Counted from the first letter of the stretch, positions 15,006 through 22,965 are shown. The stretch is DNA of 35,656 nt from Dehalococcoidia bacterium (GCA_049511815.1 JBEKXP010000024.1:1-35656), one strand, 5' to 3'. Numbers and translations: made by a program. The notes: generated from the letters alone by a model not told the origin.

Positions 15006-15563
15006 ATGCCGGCACCAAAGAAGATACGAATCGTCGAAGAGCTGACGGAGCGGCTGACGCGCGCAACCATCGCCATCGGCGCCGCCTACCAGGGGCTGCG
15101 GGTCTCGGAGATGACCGCCCTGCGACGCCAAATGCGGGCCAGGGGCGTCGAAGTGCGGGTCACCAAGAACACGTTGCTCCGGCTCGCGGCCGCCGCCGCC
15201 GAGAAGCCGGAGATAGGCGACCTCGGCGAGGGTCCAACGGCGGTCATGCTCGGCTACGGCGATGCCGTCGACGTGGCGAAGGCAGTGACAGAGTACGTCT
15301 CGTCGGCGAAGAATGCCTTCGCGCCGCGTCGCGCCTTCGTCGAGGGCCGCCTGCTGACGGCCAAGGAGCTCGGCGAGCTTTCGACGCTGCCGCCGCGGCC
15401 GGTGCTTGCCGGCCAGGTCGCGGGCGCGCTGCGGTCGCCGGTGTGGCGGCTGGCGCAGCTACTCGCCGGCGCGCTTGTCCAGCCGACGCCGCAGCTCTTG
15501 AACTCGAGCCTCTTCCAGCTTCAGGGCCTCCTCGACGCGCGGGCGCAGCAGTTGGAGGCCTGA
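15006..15563 (+). CDS. rplJ: 50S ribosomal protein L10
   Basis: The in-frame ATG at 15006 follows GGGAGGGAAAG. MPAPKKIRIVEELTERL... is a normal L10 N-terminus. The track start at 14961 adds 15 unlikely residues. Confidence 0.93.
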   Translation: MPAPKKIRIVEELTERLTRATIAIGAAYQGLRVSEMTALRRQMRARGVEVRVTKNTLLRLAAAAAEKPEIGDLGEGPTAVMLGYGDAVDVAKAVTEYVSSAKNAFAPRRAFVEGRLLTAKELGELSTLPPRPVLAGQVAGALRSPVWRLAQLLAGALVQPTPQLLNSSLFQLQGLLDARAQQLEA

Positions 15564-15607
15564 CACTCATTTCATTCAAACGGTAATCGCTTCGAAAGGA
15601 GATTCAC

Positions 15608-16036
15608 ATGCCAGCAGCAAAGACAGCCAAGAAAGACGGCGGTCGTGTCGATGAGGCGTTCGACCTGATCAAGGAGATGACGATCCTTGAGCTGCGCGAC
15701 CTCAACAAGCGCATCGAGGAGGAGTTCGGCGTCGTTGCCGCCGCGCCGGTCGCCGTGGCCGCCGCGCCGGCCGCTGCCGCCGGGCCCGCCGCCGCTGCCG
15801 CCCCCGTAGAGGAGGCGGAGGAGCAGACGGAGTTCACCGTCGTTCTCAAGGACATGGGCGCCAACAAGATCAACGTCATCAAGGCGGTCCGCGAGGTGAC
15901 GACGCTCGGCCTGAAGGAGGCGAAGGACCTCGTCGAGAGCGCGCCGACAAACGTCAAAGAGGGCGTGAGCAAGGAAGAGGCCGAGGTCGCGGTCAACAAG
16001 CTGAAGGATGCCGGCGCCACCGTCGAGCTAAAGTAA
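15608..16036 (+). CDS. rplL: 50S ribosomal protein L7/L12
   Basis: It has the N-terminal dimerisation helix, an Ala/Pro hinge and the C-terminal domain [25 protein letters not shown]...[12 protein letters not shown]. Confidence 0.97.
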   Translation: MPAAKTAKKDGGRVDEAFDLIKEMTILELRDLNKRIEEEFGVVAAAPVAVAAAPAAAAGPAAAAAPVEEAEEQTEFTVVLKDMGANKINVIKAVREVTTLGLKEAKDLVESAPTNVKEGVSKEEAEVAVNKLKDAGATVELK

Positions 16037-16107
16037 CCATTTTTCTCCAGCGAAAATAGCGCAGGCGTCTAGCGAAAGAGCGGGAAAGCTGCTATATTTC
16101 GCGTTGC

Positions 16108-16632
16108 ATGAGGTGCTATAGCTGCGACAAGGATGCGACGCACGAATGCCGCCGTTGCGGTAGGCTCTACTGTGACGAGCACGGCGATGAGCTGTGCGGA
16201 CAATGCCTCAAGCCGGCCGGCGCCCTGCCCTCCTTCCTGCTCTATCGCGGCACGCTGCTGGCGCTCCTCCTGGGTACGGTCGTCGCTCTCTGGTTGCTCC
16301 TTAAGCCGCCGAAAGAGGCAAGCCAGTCCACTTTCAACGTCGTCCAGCCGACGGCCACGACCGCCGTTGTCCGTACGCCGATCGGCGAAGCTACGCTAAC
16401 CCCAAACGCCTCGCCCAACGCCTCCCCGAACGCCTCGCCGACAGTGACGCCAACGGTCAACGTGATCGACTACACGGTGCAGCCCGATGATACGCTCATC
16501 GACATCGCGACCCGCTACCTGCCGCCTGGCATGAGCCTCAACGACTTCATGTGGCAGATCGCCACCCACAACGGCCTCGACGTATCGAACCCGATTCTCC
16601 AACCCGGGCAAGTGCTGAAGATCGCCCAGTAG
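16108..16632 (+). CDS. Zinc-finger / single-TM / LysM domain protein
   Basis: The N-terminal Cys/His cluster is CYSCDKDATHECRRCGRLYCDEHGDELCGQC. A TM helix (LLALLLGTVVALWLLL) and a Thr/Pro/NASP-repeat linker follow. The C-terminus is LysM (YTVQPDDTLIDIATRY...NPILQPGQVLKI). Confidence 0.8.
   Translation: MRCYSCDKDATHECRRCGRLYCDEHGDELCGQCLKPAGALPSFLLYRGTLLALLLGTVVALWLLLKPPKEASQSTFNVVQPTATTAVVRTPIGEATLTPNASPNASPNASPTVTPTVNVIDYTVQPDDTLIDIATRYLPPGMSLNDFMWQIATHNGLDVSNPILQPGQVLKIAQ
16405..16440 (+). repeat. 3 x 12-nt in-frame tandem repeat (NASP)3
   Basis: AACGCCTCGCCC / AACGCCTCCCCG / AACGCCTCGCCG lies within the linker of the LysM protein. Confidence 0.9.
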
Positions 16633-16749
16633 ACCGGCGATCTCCTGGAAGAGGGATTTCGCTTGCCGGACGCTGCTCGTCGGGGCCCCACCGCATCCAC
16701 GCCAACCTCGCGGATGACCGCGCGAGCGAAGTGAGTCCTGGAGAGTAGG

Positions 16750-17493
16750 ATGGAGGAACAGGAGCCCTTCTCGTCGGCGGGGGTACCTCGCAAGGCGGAA
16801 TACTACACGCTGATCAAGGACCTACCGAGTTCGGAGCGGCCTCGCGAGCGCCTGCGCGACTTCGGCGCCAGCGCCCTCTCCAACGCCGAGCTGCTGGCGA
16901 TAATACTGCGCACCGGCGCGCACAAGGAAAGCGTTCTGACGATGGCCTCGCGGCTGCTGTCGTCGTATCGCGGGCTCATCGGACTGGCGCGCGTGAGCTT
17001 TGGCGAGCTGTGCAACGAGCGCGGCCTGGGCGAGGCGAAGGCAGCGCAACTGAAAGCTGCGCTCGAGCTGGGCCGCCGCCTGTCTTCGACACAGCCGGAG
17101 GAGCGGGCGGTAGTGCGCTCGCCGGAGGACATCGCTAACCTGCTGCTCAGCGAGATGGGCCTTCTTGAGCAGGAGCACCTGCGCGTCGTCCTGCTGAACC
17201 AGCGCAACCAGGTGCTCGGCGTGCCGGAGGTGTACCGCGGCAGCGTCAACACGTCGCTAATCCGGGTAGCGGAGCTGTTCCGGGAGGCGATCCGCCAGAA
17301 CTGCCCGGCGGTGGTCCTCGTCCATAATCACCCCTCCGGCGACCCGACGCCATCGGCGGACGACATCGCGATGACGAAGCAGGCCGTGGAGGCGGGCAAG
17401 CTGCTGGACATCGAGGTGCTCGACCACGTGGTGATCGGGCAGGGGCGTTACCTCAGCTTGAAGGAGCAGGGGCTCGGGTTCGGCCCGCCGTAG
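16750..17493 (+). CDS. radC: RadC-family JAB/MPN domain protein
   Basis: It has an N-terminal helix-hairpin-helix region ([13 protein letters not shown]) and a C-terminal JAMM motif ([18 protein letters not shown]). Confidence 0.92.
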   Translation: MEEQEPFSSAGVPRKAEYYTLIKDLPSSERPRERLRDFGASALSNAELLAIILRTGAHKESVLTMASRLLSSYRGLIGLARVSFGELCNERGLGEAKAAQLKAALELGRRLSSTQPEERAVVRSPEDIANLLLSEMGLLEQEHLRVVLLNQRNQVLGVPEVYRGSVNTSLIRVAELFREAIRQNCPAVVLVHNHPSGDPTPSADDIAMTKQAVEAGKLLDIEVLDHVVIGQGRYLSLKEQGLGFGPP

Positions 17494-17530
17494 CTCATAG
17501 TGCAGCGAACGCCTTTGACCCGCGCTCAAA

Positions 17531-17560
17531 TTGACGGGCCAGGCGATTTCGCGGGATAAT
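17531..17560 (+). promoter_or_regulatory. Candidate sigma70-type promoter for the lipoprotein array
   Basis: TTGACG (17531-17536), an 18-nt spacer, then GATAAT (17555-17560), about 45 nt upstream of the first lipoprotein start. Confidence 0.35.
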
Positions 17561-17603
17561 CAGCCCAAGTCTGCTATACGATTTGCACACAAGGAGGTGT
17601 CTG

Positions 17604-18146
17604 GTGAAGAGGTCATGGATTTGCCTGTTGATGGTGCCGGCAATCGTTACCAGCCTGGCTATTGTCGCCTGCGGCGGCAGCAGCAAGACGTCGCCGACGG
17701 CAACGGCGAAGCAGGGACAAACGGCATCGACGCCGGCGGCGCAGGCGACGACGGCAAAGCAACCTACGTCGGCTTCGAGCGGCGGCGGGTCGGCTGGATC
17801 GATAAACGACGTTCCGGTCTACCCCGGCGCCACGAAGGTCAGCAGCGGCGAGTTGCCTGGCACCGCGGGGTCGATACCGGCCATCGGCTCCAACTTGAAC
17901 GCGGCAGACTACGCGACCGTCGACTTCGCAATTTACCAGACAAATGACGATGCGCAGACGGTCGTCGACTGGTACACCAGCCATATGAGCGGTTGGACAA
18001 AAGCAGGATCGTTCAGCGGCGGCACCGGGGAAAACACCGGCGCCTTCGCGGCGTGGACGAAGGACAACGGCAACGAGGCTGCCTGGATAACCGTTGGCGC
18101 AAGCGGCGGGCAGACGTCACTCAGCGTCTGGTTCGGCACAAAATAA
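17604..18146 (+). CDS. Small lipoprotein, paralog 1 of 3 (unknown function)
   Basis: The GTG at 17604 is 6 nt after AAGGAGG. The signal peptide with lipobox is LAIVAC-GG. A Thr/Ala/Ser-rich linker is followed by conserved blocks shared with the next two genes: DVPVYPGAT, AIYQTNDD, VVDWY..M..W, AAWTKDNGNEAAWI. Confidence 0.8.
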   Translation: MKRSWICLLMVPAIVTSLAIVACGGSSKTSPTATAKQGQTASTPAAQATTAKQPTSASSGGGSAGSINDVPVYPGATKVSSGELPGTAGSIPAIGSNLNAADYATVDFAIYQTNDDAQTVVDWYTSHMSGWTKAGSFSGGTGENTGAFAAWTKDNGNEAAWITVGASGGQTSLSVWFGTK

Positions 18147-18207
18147 GAAACAAAGGCTTAACGGCAGTCTGACGTAGCTTGCTGGTAGGTCGGGAAGAAA
18201 GACGGGT

Positions 18208-18708
18208 GTGAGGAAGGTTTGTTGCGGTCTACCGGCGGCGTTGGCGCTTGCTGTTGCGTCGGTTCTGATCGGCTGCGGTGGAAGCAAATCAACCGGGTCC
18301 GGGACAACGACGCCTGTCCAGAGCACGCCTTCGACCGCCGCGATTCTTGGGGACGTGCCCGTCTATCCAGGTGCCACAGTCGAAATCAACTCCGGCGCAG
18401 ACGCCCCTGGCGTCGCGCTGGCTGGTAGTCCGGCCGCTCCCCCTGCCGACCACGACGTCGACGTCGAGAGCTACTCAGACGTCAAGACCGCAATCTACCA
18501 GACAAGCGATTCCCCCAGCCAAGTGCTCGACTGGTACCGGAGCAACATGGCGAGCTGGCAGGAGCATTGGTCATCCGCTACCGGCGGTGGCACGGCCACC
18601 GCGCTGGCAACCGCCATCTGGACCAAAGATAGCGGAAAAGAGGCTGCCTGGATGGCCGCGAGCACGCAGGGCGGAATGACTATTCTCTACCTATGGTCCG
18701 GCTCTTGA
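18208..18708 (+). CDS. Small lipoprotein, paralog 2 of 3 (unknown function)
   Basis: GTG start with lipobox VLIGC-GG. It has the same blocks: DVPVYPGAT, AIYQTSDS, VLDWY..M..W, AIWTKDSGKEAAWM. Confidence 0.8.
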   Translation: MRKVCCGLPAALALAVASVLIGCGGSKSTGSGTTTPVQSTPSTAAILGDVPVYPGATVEINSGADAPGVALAGSPAAPPADHDVDVESYSDVKTAIYQTSDSPSQVLDWYRSNMASWQEHWSSATGGGTATALATAIWTKDSGKEAAWMAASTQGGMTILYLWSGS

Positions 18709-18858
18709 AGCTCCGGCCTGAGTTTCGTTGCCGCTTCTGAGCCGTAGAGCCGCCCGACTGTCTGGGTATTCACCTAATTGCCCCTCTAATTGACGGCCTT
18801 CAGGATTCCGACGATAATGCGGCGACATCGACGCTGCCGGCGCGCAAGGAGACGATTC

Positions 18859-19391
18859 GTGCAAAGGTTGTGGAGTCCTGCCTTTCTTGTCTTCATGGCT
18901 GTGGTCGCCGCTTCTATCGTCGCCTGCAGCGGTGGGAGCGAGAAGGCAGCCGGATCGCCGACGGCCCCGCAGAGCGACAGCCAGGAATCGTCGCACCCTC
19001 CTCGGGCGCCCGTCGAGGAGGAGAGCACGCCGGCCGCGAAAGACAATCCTGCGGCTGTCTCCCTGAACGACATCCCGAAGTCACCCGCAACCAGTGGTCC
19101 GGCGCCGACGCGGCGATACCGGTCATCGGGGCAGAAGGAAGCGGGTCGATTTATGCAACAGCCGCCAGCACCATGTATCAGACGGACGATAACCCCCTGG
19201 TGGTCTTCGCCTGGTACAAGGAGAAGATGAGCGACTGGACTGAGGCGCACCCCACGGGCGGCGACTTCAGCGACCCGACGCTTTTGTCGGCGGCCTGGAC
19301 GAAGGATGGCGGCAAGACGGCTGCCTGGATCATTCTGGCGAATAACGACGACGGGACGGCCTCGCTCACACTCTGGGCTGCCTCGCAGTAG
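18859..19391 (+). pseudogene. Small lipoprotein, paralog 3 of 3, interrupted by a frameshift near 19085-19097
   Basis: The GTG at 18859 is 6 nt after AAGGAGA. The signal/lipobox (ASIVAC-SGG) and LNDIPKSPAT are in the frame of ORF 18790..19230. The remaining family blocks are in the frame of ORF 18870..19391 (IPVIG, TMYQTDDN, VFAWY..M..W, AAWTKDGGKTAAWI). Confidence 0.7.
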
Positions 19392-19414
19392 GTCCCGCCG
19401 GCCGGTCTTCCGCA

Positions 19415-20608
19415 CTAGCGCTCCGCCGCGCCCGCCTCGAGCTGCGCACGCGCTTCCGATTCGACGATGCGGTAGACTTCCGCCAGCGGCAGCCCGCGCT
19501 CCAGCGCCAGACGGCGGCACGCCTCGTACTCCGGCGAGACCTGCGGCTTGCGCCCGGGTAACCGCTTGACCTTCACCGCCGCCGGCCCCAGGCTCGACTC
19601 GAACTCGAACGTCTCCCGCCGCGCCTCATGGCGGCGCACCTCCTGCACGCGCACGCCCAGTGTCGACGTCTCCTCCAGCAAGACGCGCGTGAGGCCGTCC
19701 TCCCGCTCCACGGAGCACAGGAGGGACACCTTGATCGCCGGCCGGTTCTTCTTCATCTGGATGGGGGTGAACCAGACGTCCGCCGCGCCGGCCTCGAACA
19801 GCCGCTCCTGCACGAAGCCCAGCAGCTCCGCGCTCATGTCGTCGATGTTCGTCTCGATTAGAAGCATGGCGCTCTCTGCCTGCGGCAGCGGCTCGCCGAG
19901 CCAGAGGCGGAGCACGTTGGGGCGACCCGCGGTGTCGCGAGTGCCGGCGCCGTAGCCGACGCGTTCGAGCGTCATCGCCGGTCGCTCGAAGCTCGCCAGC
20001 GTGGCGATGATCGCCGCGCCGGTCGGCGTCACGAGCTCGCCCGGCTCGCCGGAGTCGGAGATGGGCGCATTCGCCGCCGCGAGAAGCTGCAGCGTCGCCG
20101 GCGCCGGGACCGGCAGCGTTCCGTGCGCGCCCTGCACTTCGCCGCGTCCGACGGGCAGACGGGAGGCGAAAAGCTGCTCGACGCCCAGAAGGCGCAGGCC
20201 CGCTACCGCCCCAGCCACGTCGATCAGCGTATCGAGGGAGCCCAGCTCATGCAGGACGACGGAGTCGACTTCGACGCCATGGACGCGCGCTTCCGCTTCG
20301 GCGAGGCGACGGAAGACGGCGGTTGCCTTCTCCCTGTCGGCCGGCGGCAGGGCGCTGCTGTCGATAACCCTCAGCGCGTCGCGCAGCCGCGGAAGGGACG
20401 GCGCGTCCGCCGCCAATTCGACCGTGACTTTCGTGGCGCCAAGCTCGCCGCGCTGCGTCCGTTCCGCCGTCAGCCGGTAGCCGGAGACGTTCAGCTTCGC
20501 CAGCTCCGCCTGCAGCGTCGCCAGCGGCAGGCCGGCGTCGACCAGTGCGCCGAGGAGCATGTCGCCGCTGATGCCGGAGAAGCAGTCGAGGTAGGCGATG
20601 CGCGTCAG
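19415..20608 (-). CDS. larC: Nickel-pincer cofactor biosynthesis protein LarC (DUF111 nickel insertion protein)
   Basis: It resembles the DUF111/LarC family throughout. The conserved N-terminal YLDCFSGISGDM lies upstream of the first ATG (20560). I extended the call to the in-frame CTG at 20608, which is 6 nt after AAGGAG. There is no ATG/GTG/TTG between the upstream in-frame TGA and 20560. Confidence 0.8.
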   Translation of the reverse strand: MTRIAYLDCFSGISGDMLLGALVDAGLPLATLQAELAKLNVSGYRLTAERTQRGELGATKVTVELAADAPSLPRLRDALRVIDSSALPPADREKATAVFRRLAEAEARVHGVEVDSVVLHELGSLDTLIDVAGAVAGLRLLGVEQLFASRLPVGRGEVQGAHGTLPVPAPATLQLLAAANAPISDSGEPGELVTPTGAAIIATLASFERPAMTLERVGYGAGTRDTAGRPNVLRLWLGEPLPQAESAMLLIETNIDDMSAELLGFVQERLFEAGAADVWFTPIQMKKNRPAIKVSLLCSVEREDGLTRVLLEETSTLGVRVQEVRRHEARRETFEFESSLGPAAVKVKRLPGRKPQVSPEYEACRRLALERGLPLAEVYRIVESEARAQLEAGAAER

Positions 20609-20624
20609 CGTCGGCTCCTTGCCC

Positions 20625-21398
20625 TCAGCCCTGGGCGTGGGCGAGCTGGTTGATCACGGCTGCCAGGTAGCCGGCGCCAAAGCCGTTGTCGATGTTGACG
20701 ACGGCGACGCCCGGGGCGCAACTATTCAGCATCGTCAGCAGCGGCGCGATGCCCTGGAAGCTGGCGCCGTAGCCCACGGACGTCGGTACGCCGATGACCG
20801 GCATCGCGACCAGCCCGGAGACGACGCTGGGGAGCGCGCCCTCCATGCCGGCGACGACGACGAGCACGCGCGCCTCACGCAGCTTCGGCAGGTGGTCCAG
20901 AAGACGGTGCAACCCGGCAACGCCCACGTCATAAATCCGCTCGACGCCGCTGCCCATGAGCGCCGCCGTGACGGCCGCTTCCTCCGCCACCGGCAGGTCC
21001 GCGGTACCGCCGCAGACAAGGCACACGCCGGGCAGCGCTTTGGCCGGATGCCGGTCCAGCGTTGCCGCCCGCGCGACTTCGTGGTAGACGGCGTCGGGGA
21101 CCTTTTTGACGATTTGATCGAATACGTCGCGGTCGATGCGCGTTACCAGCAGGCGTCCGGCGCGCTCGGCGAGGCGCTCGGCGATCGTCACCACCTGCTC
21201 CGGTGTCTTTCCCTGGCCCAACACGACCTCCGGCAGGCTATCGCGAAGGGCGCGATGGTGGTCCAGCTTGGCGAAGCCGATATCCTCGTAGGGAAGGTGG
21301 CGCAGCCTTTCCAGCGCGCCTTCGATGTCCGTCGTCCCTTCGGATACGGACTGGAGTAGCTGCCGCAGGCTCTGCTCGTCGATAGTGTCACTCTCCAG
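20625..21398 (-). CDS. larB: LarB (PurE-like pyridinium-3,5-biscarboxylic acid mononucleotide synthase); start uncertain
   Basis: It has a PurE-like core (CGGTADLPVAEEA, VVVAGMEGALPSVVSGLV, PVIGVPTSVGYG). The in-frame upstream sequence YEDIGFAKLDHHRALRDSLPEVVLGQGKT matches the LarB N-domain, but no canonical start occurs upstream of GTG 21224. The 5' end is set provisionally at CTG 21398. Confidence 0.75.
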   Translation of the reverse strand: MESDTIDEQSLRQLLQSVSEGTTDIEGALERLRHLPYEDIGFAKLDHHRALRDSLPEVVLGQGKTPEQVVTIAERLAERAGRLLVTRIDRDVFDQIVKKVPDAVYHEVARAATLDRHPAKALPGVCLVCGGTADLPVAEEAAVTAALMGSGVERIYDVGVAGLHRLLDHLPKLREARVLVVVAGMEGALPSVVSGLVAMPVIGVPTSVGYGASFQGIAPLLTMLNSCAPGVAVVNIDNGFGAGYLAAVINQLAHAQG

Positions 21399-21423
21399 GC
21401 ATATTTTGTTGACTGCGAATGAA

Positions 21424-21432
21424 ATTATAGCA
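21424..21432 (-). promoter_or_regulatory. Candidate extended -10 promoter element for larB-larC
   Basis: The minus strand reads TGCTATAAT (TGn + TATAAT), about 25 nt upstream of the provisional larB start. No good -35 is present. Confidence 0.35.
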
Positions 21433-21475
21433 TCGCAGGTTCAGAGGACGAAAGCGCCGCCGATTCTAGATAGGG

Positions 21476-21505
21476 TTGACGGCCTTGCAGTTGCAAAGGT
21501 ATTAT
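21476..21505 (+). promoter_or_regulatory. Candidate sigma70-type promoter for the riboswitch-like leader
   Basis: TTGACG (21476-21481), an 18-nt spacer, then TATTAT (21500-21505). It is divergent from the larB promoter candidate. Confidence 0.4.
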
Positions 21506-21511
21506 CAATCC

Positions 21512-21715
21512 GGCGGAGCTGCGTCTTGTAGCGCAGCGTGAGGCATTAAACGGTAACATGGAAGCCGACGACGGCGGCGATCGTAGCCGCCAAACAGAAA
21601 ACAGAGGAGACGATTCGCGGTCGATGAGTCGCTGCTAGAGCGCTAGCGCGCCCGGCCGCGGCTCGTCCGCGGCGAACCACCTCCTGGCACGACCTTCTTG
21701 AGGAGGTGGTTTTTC
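21512..21715 (+). promoter_or_regulatory. Candidate Mg2+-sensing (M-box/ykoK-like) riboswitch leader
   Basis: This is a leader of about 200 nt before a Mg-transport-related gene. By eye it resembles conserved M-box segments: GCGUGAGGC, CAAACAGAAAACAGAGGAG, GCUGCUAGAGCGCUAGCG. It ends in a terminator that also sequesters the RBS. It has not been verified with a covariance model. Confidence 0.45.
21675..21714 (+). terminator. Intrinsic terminator / RBS-sequestering hairpin (expression platform)
   Basis: 11-bp perfect stem AACCACCTCCT (21675-21685) / AGGAGGTGGTT (21701-21711). The T-run at 21710-21714 is immediately followed by ATG 21716. The 3' arm contains the GGAGG Shine-Dalgarno sequence. 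Confidence 0.8.
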
Positions 21716-22951
21716 ATGCCTTTCCTCAGCCAGCTCTTGGGCCGGCCCACTCTCGACGCCGAGGGCGTGCGCATCGGCGTGCTGCGAGACCTCCTGGTAT
21801 CGAGCGATAACCCCTATCCGGCGCTGAGCGCAATCGTCGTCGCTGACAAAGGTCACTTGCACGCCATCCCCTGGATTCACGTCGCTTCCGTCACGCCGCG
21901 CGGCGCCGTGCTGCGCAGCCGCGTCCGCCTGGAGGCGTTTCCCGCGCCGACCGACGACATGATCTGGCTGGGGCGCGACCTGCTGGACAAGCAGATCGTT
22001 GATACGCACGGTGTGAAGCTGGTGCGGGTGAACGACCTGGCGCTGACGCCCATCAACGGCGACCTGCGCCTCGCCGGCGTCGACAACAGCGTGGCCGGCC
22101 TGCTGCGGCGGCTCGGGATCGAATGGCTGGCCAACATCGCCGGTCGCGGGCGGCCGCGACTCATCGATTGGGAGCAGGTGGACATCGGCCCGGCGGTCGA
22201 CGAGATCCGGCTGAAGGTGCCGTTCCACCGCCTGCGCCGGATGAACCCGGCGGACATCGCGTCGGTCATCAGCCAGATGTCGCCCGGCGAGGCGGCGGAC
22301 GTGCTGGAGGCGCTGGACGACGAGATCGCGGCGGACGCCCTGGCCGAGCTGTCGGACGAGCACCAGGCGGCGGTCGTGAACGCCATGGAGCCGGAAGAAG
22401 CCGCCGATGTGCTAGAGCGCATGGCGCCGGACGAAGCGGCGGACATCCTGGGCGACGTCCACGAGGAGCGCGCCGGCGAGCTGATGCGCCTGATGGAGCC
22501 GCACACGGCGCAGGAGGTGCGTTCGCTCCTGATCTACGAAGAGGACACCGCCGGCGGCCTGATGAACAGCCGTCTCTTCGCCGTCGCCGAGATGGAGACG
22601 GCGGGCCGCGTGCTGGAGGACCTCAGGCGCACGTCTCCGCCGGAAGACGAGATCTACTATCTCTACGTTGTCGACAGTGGCGGGCGGCTGTGGGGCGTCC
22701 TCTCGCTGCGGGACCTGGTCGTCGCCGAGCCGGACACGCTCATCGCTGACTGCGCGCGGCAGGACGTGGCGTTCGTGCGCCTGGACGACTCCAAGGAGGA
22801 GGTGGCGCGCAAGCTCATCCACTACAATCTGCTCGCCATCCCGGTCGTCGATGAGCACGGCCACCTCAAGGGCATGGTGACCGTGGACGACGTGCTGGAC
22901 CTGGTGACGCCGCGCGCCTGGCAGAACCAGCCGCGTCGAATGGCGGGATAG
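21716..22951 (+). CDS. Soluble MgtE-like cytoplasmic module: 2 PRC-barrel-like segments + MgtE_N + CBS pair, no transmembrane pore
   Basis: The ATG at 21716 is preferred over TTG 21698 because of RBS spacing. It has the acidic helical MgtE_N repeats SPGEAADVLEALDDEIAADALAEL and EPEEAADVLERMAPDEAADILGDV. The CBS pair is GGLMNSRLFAV...LYVVDSGGRLWGVLSLRDLV...LLAIPVVDEHGHLKGMVTVDDVLD. The ORF ends right after CBS2 with no hydrophobic helices. Confidence 0.8.
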   Translation: MPFLSQLLGRPTLDAEGVRIGVLRDLLVSSDNPYPALSAIVVADKGHLHAIPWIHVASVTPRGAVLRSRVRLEAFPAPTDDMIWLGRDLLDKQIVDTHGVKLVRVNDLALTPINGDLRLAGVDNSVAGLLRRLGIEWLANIAGRGRPRLIDWEQVDIGPAVDEIRLKVPFHRLRRMNPADIASVISQMSPGEAADVLEALDDEIAADALAELSDEHQAAVVNAMEPEEAADVLERMAPDEAADILGDVHEERAGELMRLMEPHTAQEVRSLLIYEEDTAGGLMNSRLFAVAEMETAGRVLEDLRRTSPPEDEIYYLYVVDSGGRLWGVLSLRDLVVAEPDTLIADCARQDVAFVRLDDSKEEVARKLIHYNLLAIPVVDEHGHLKGMVTVDDVLDLVTPRAWQNQPRRMAG

Positions 22952-22965
22952 ACGGATGAGGGACG

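Noticed and set aside
16405-16440. Short tandem DNA repeats, here and at 24936..25202, considered as possible CRISPR or other non-coding repeat arrays.
   Set aside because: They are in-frame coding repeats (NASP; GGTATGGGAPGG-like) with no unique spacers. There are no cas genes in the window.
21698-21715. TTG start at 21698 for the MgtE_N/CBS protein, as in the ORF track.
   Set aside because: This TTG lies inside the terminator loop and 3' arm, and precedes the GGAGG RBS. The ATG at 21716 has proper SD spacing and gives a sensible N-terminus.
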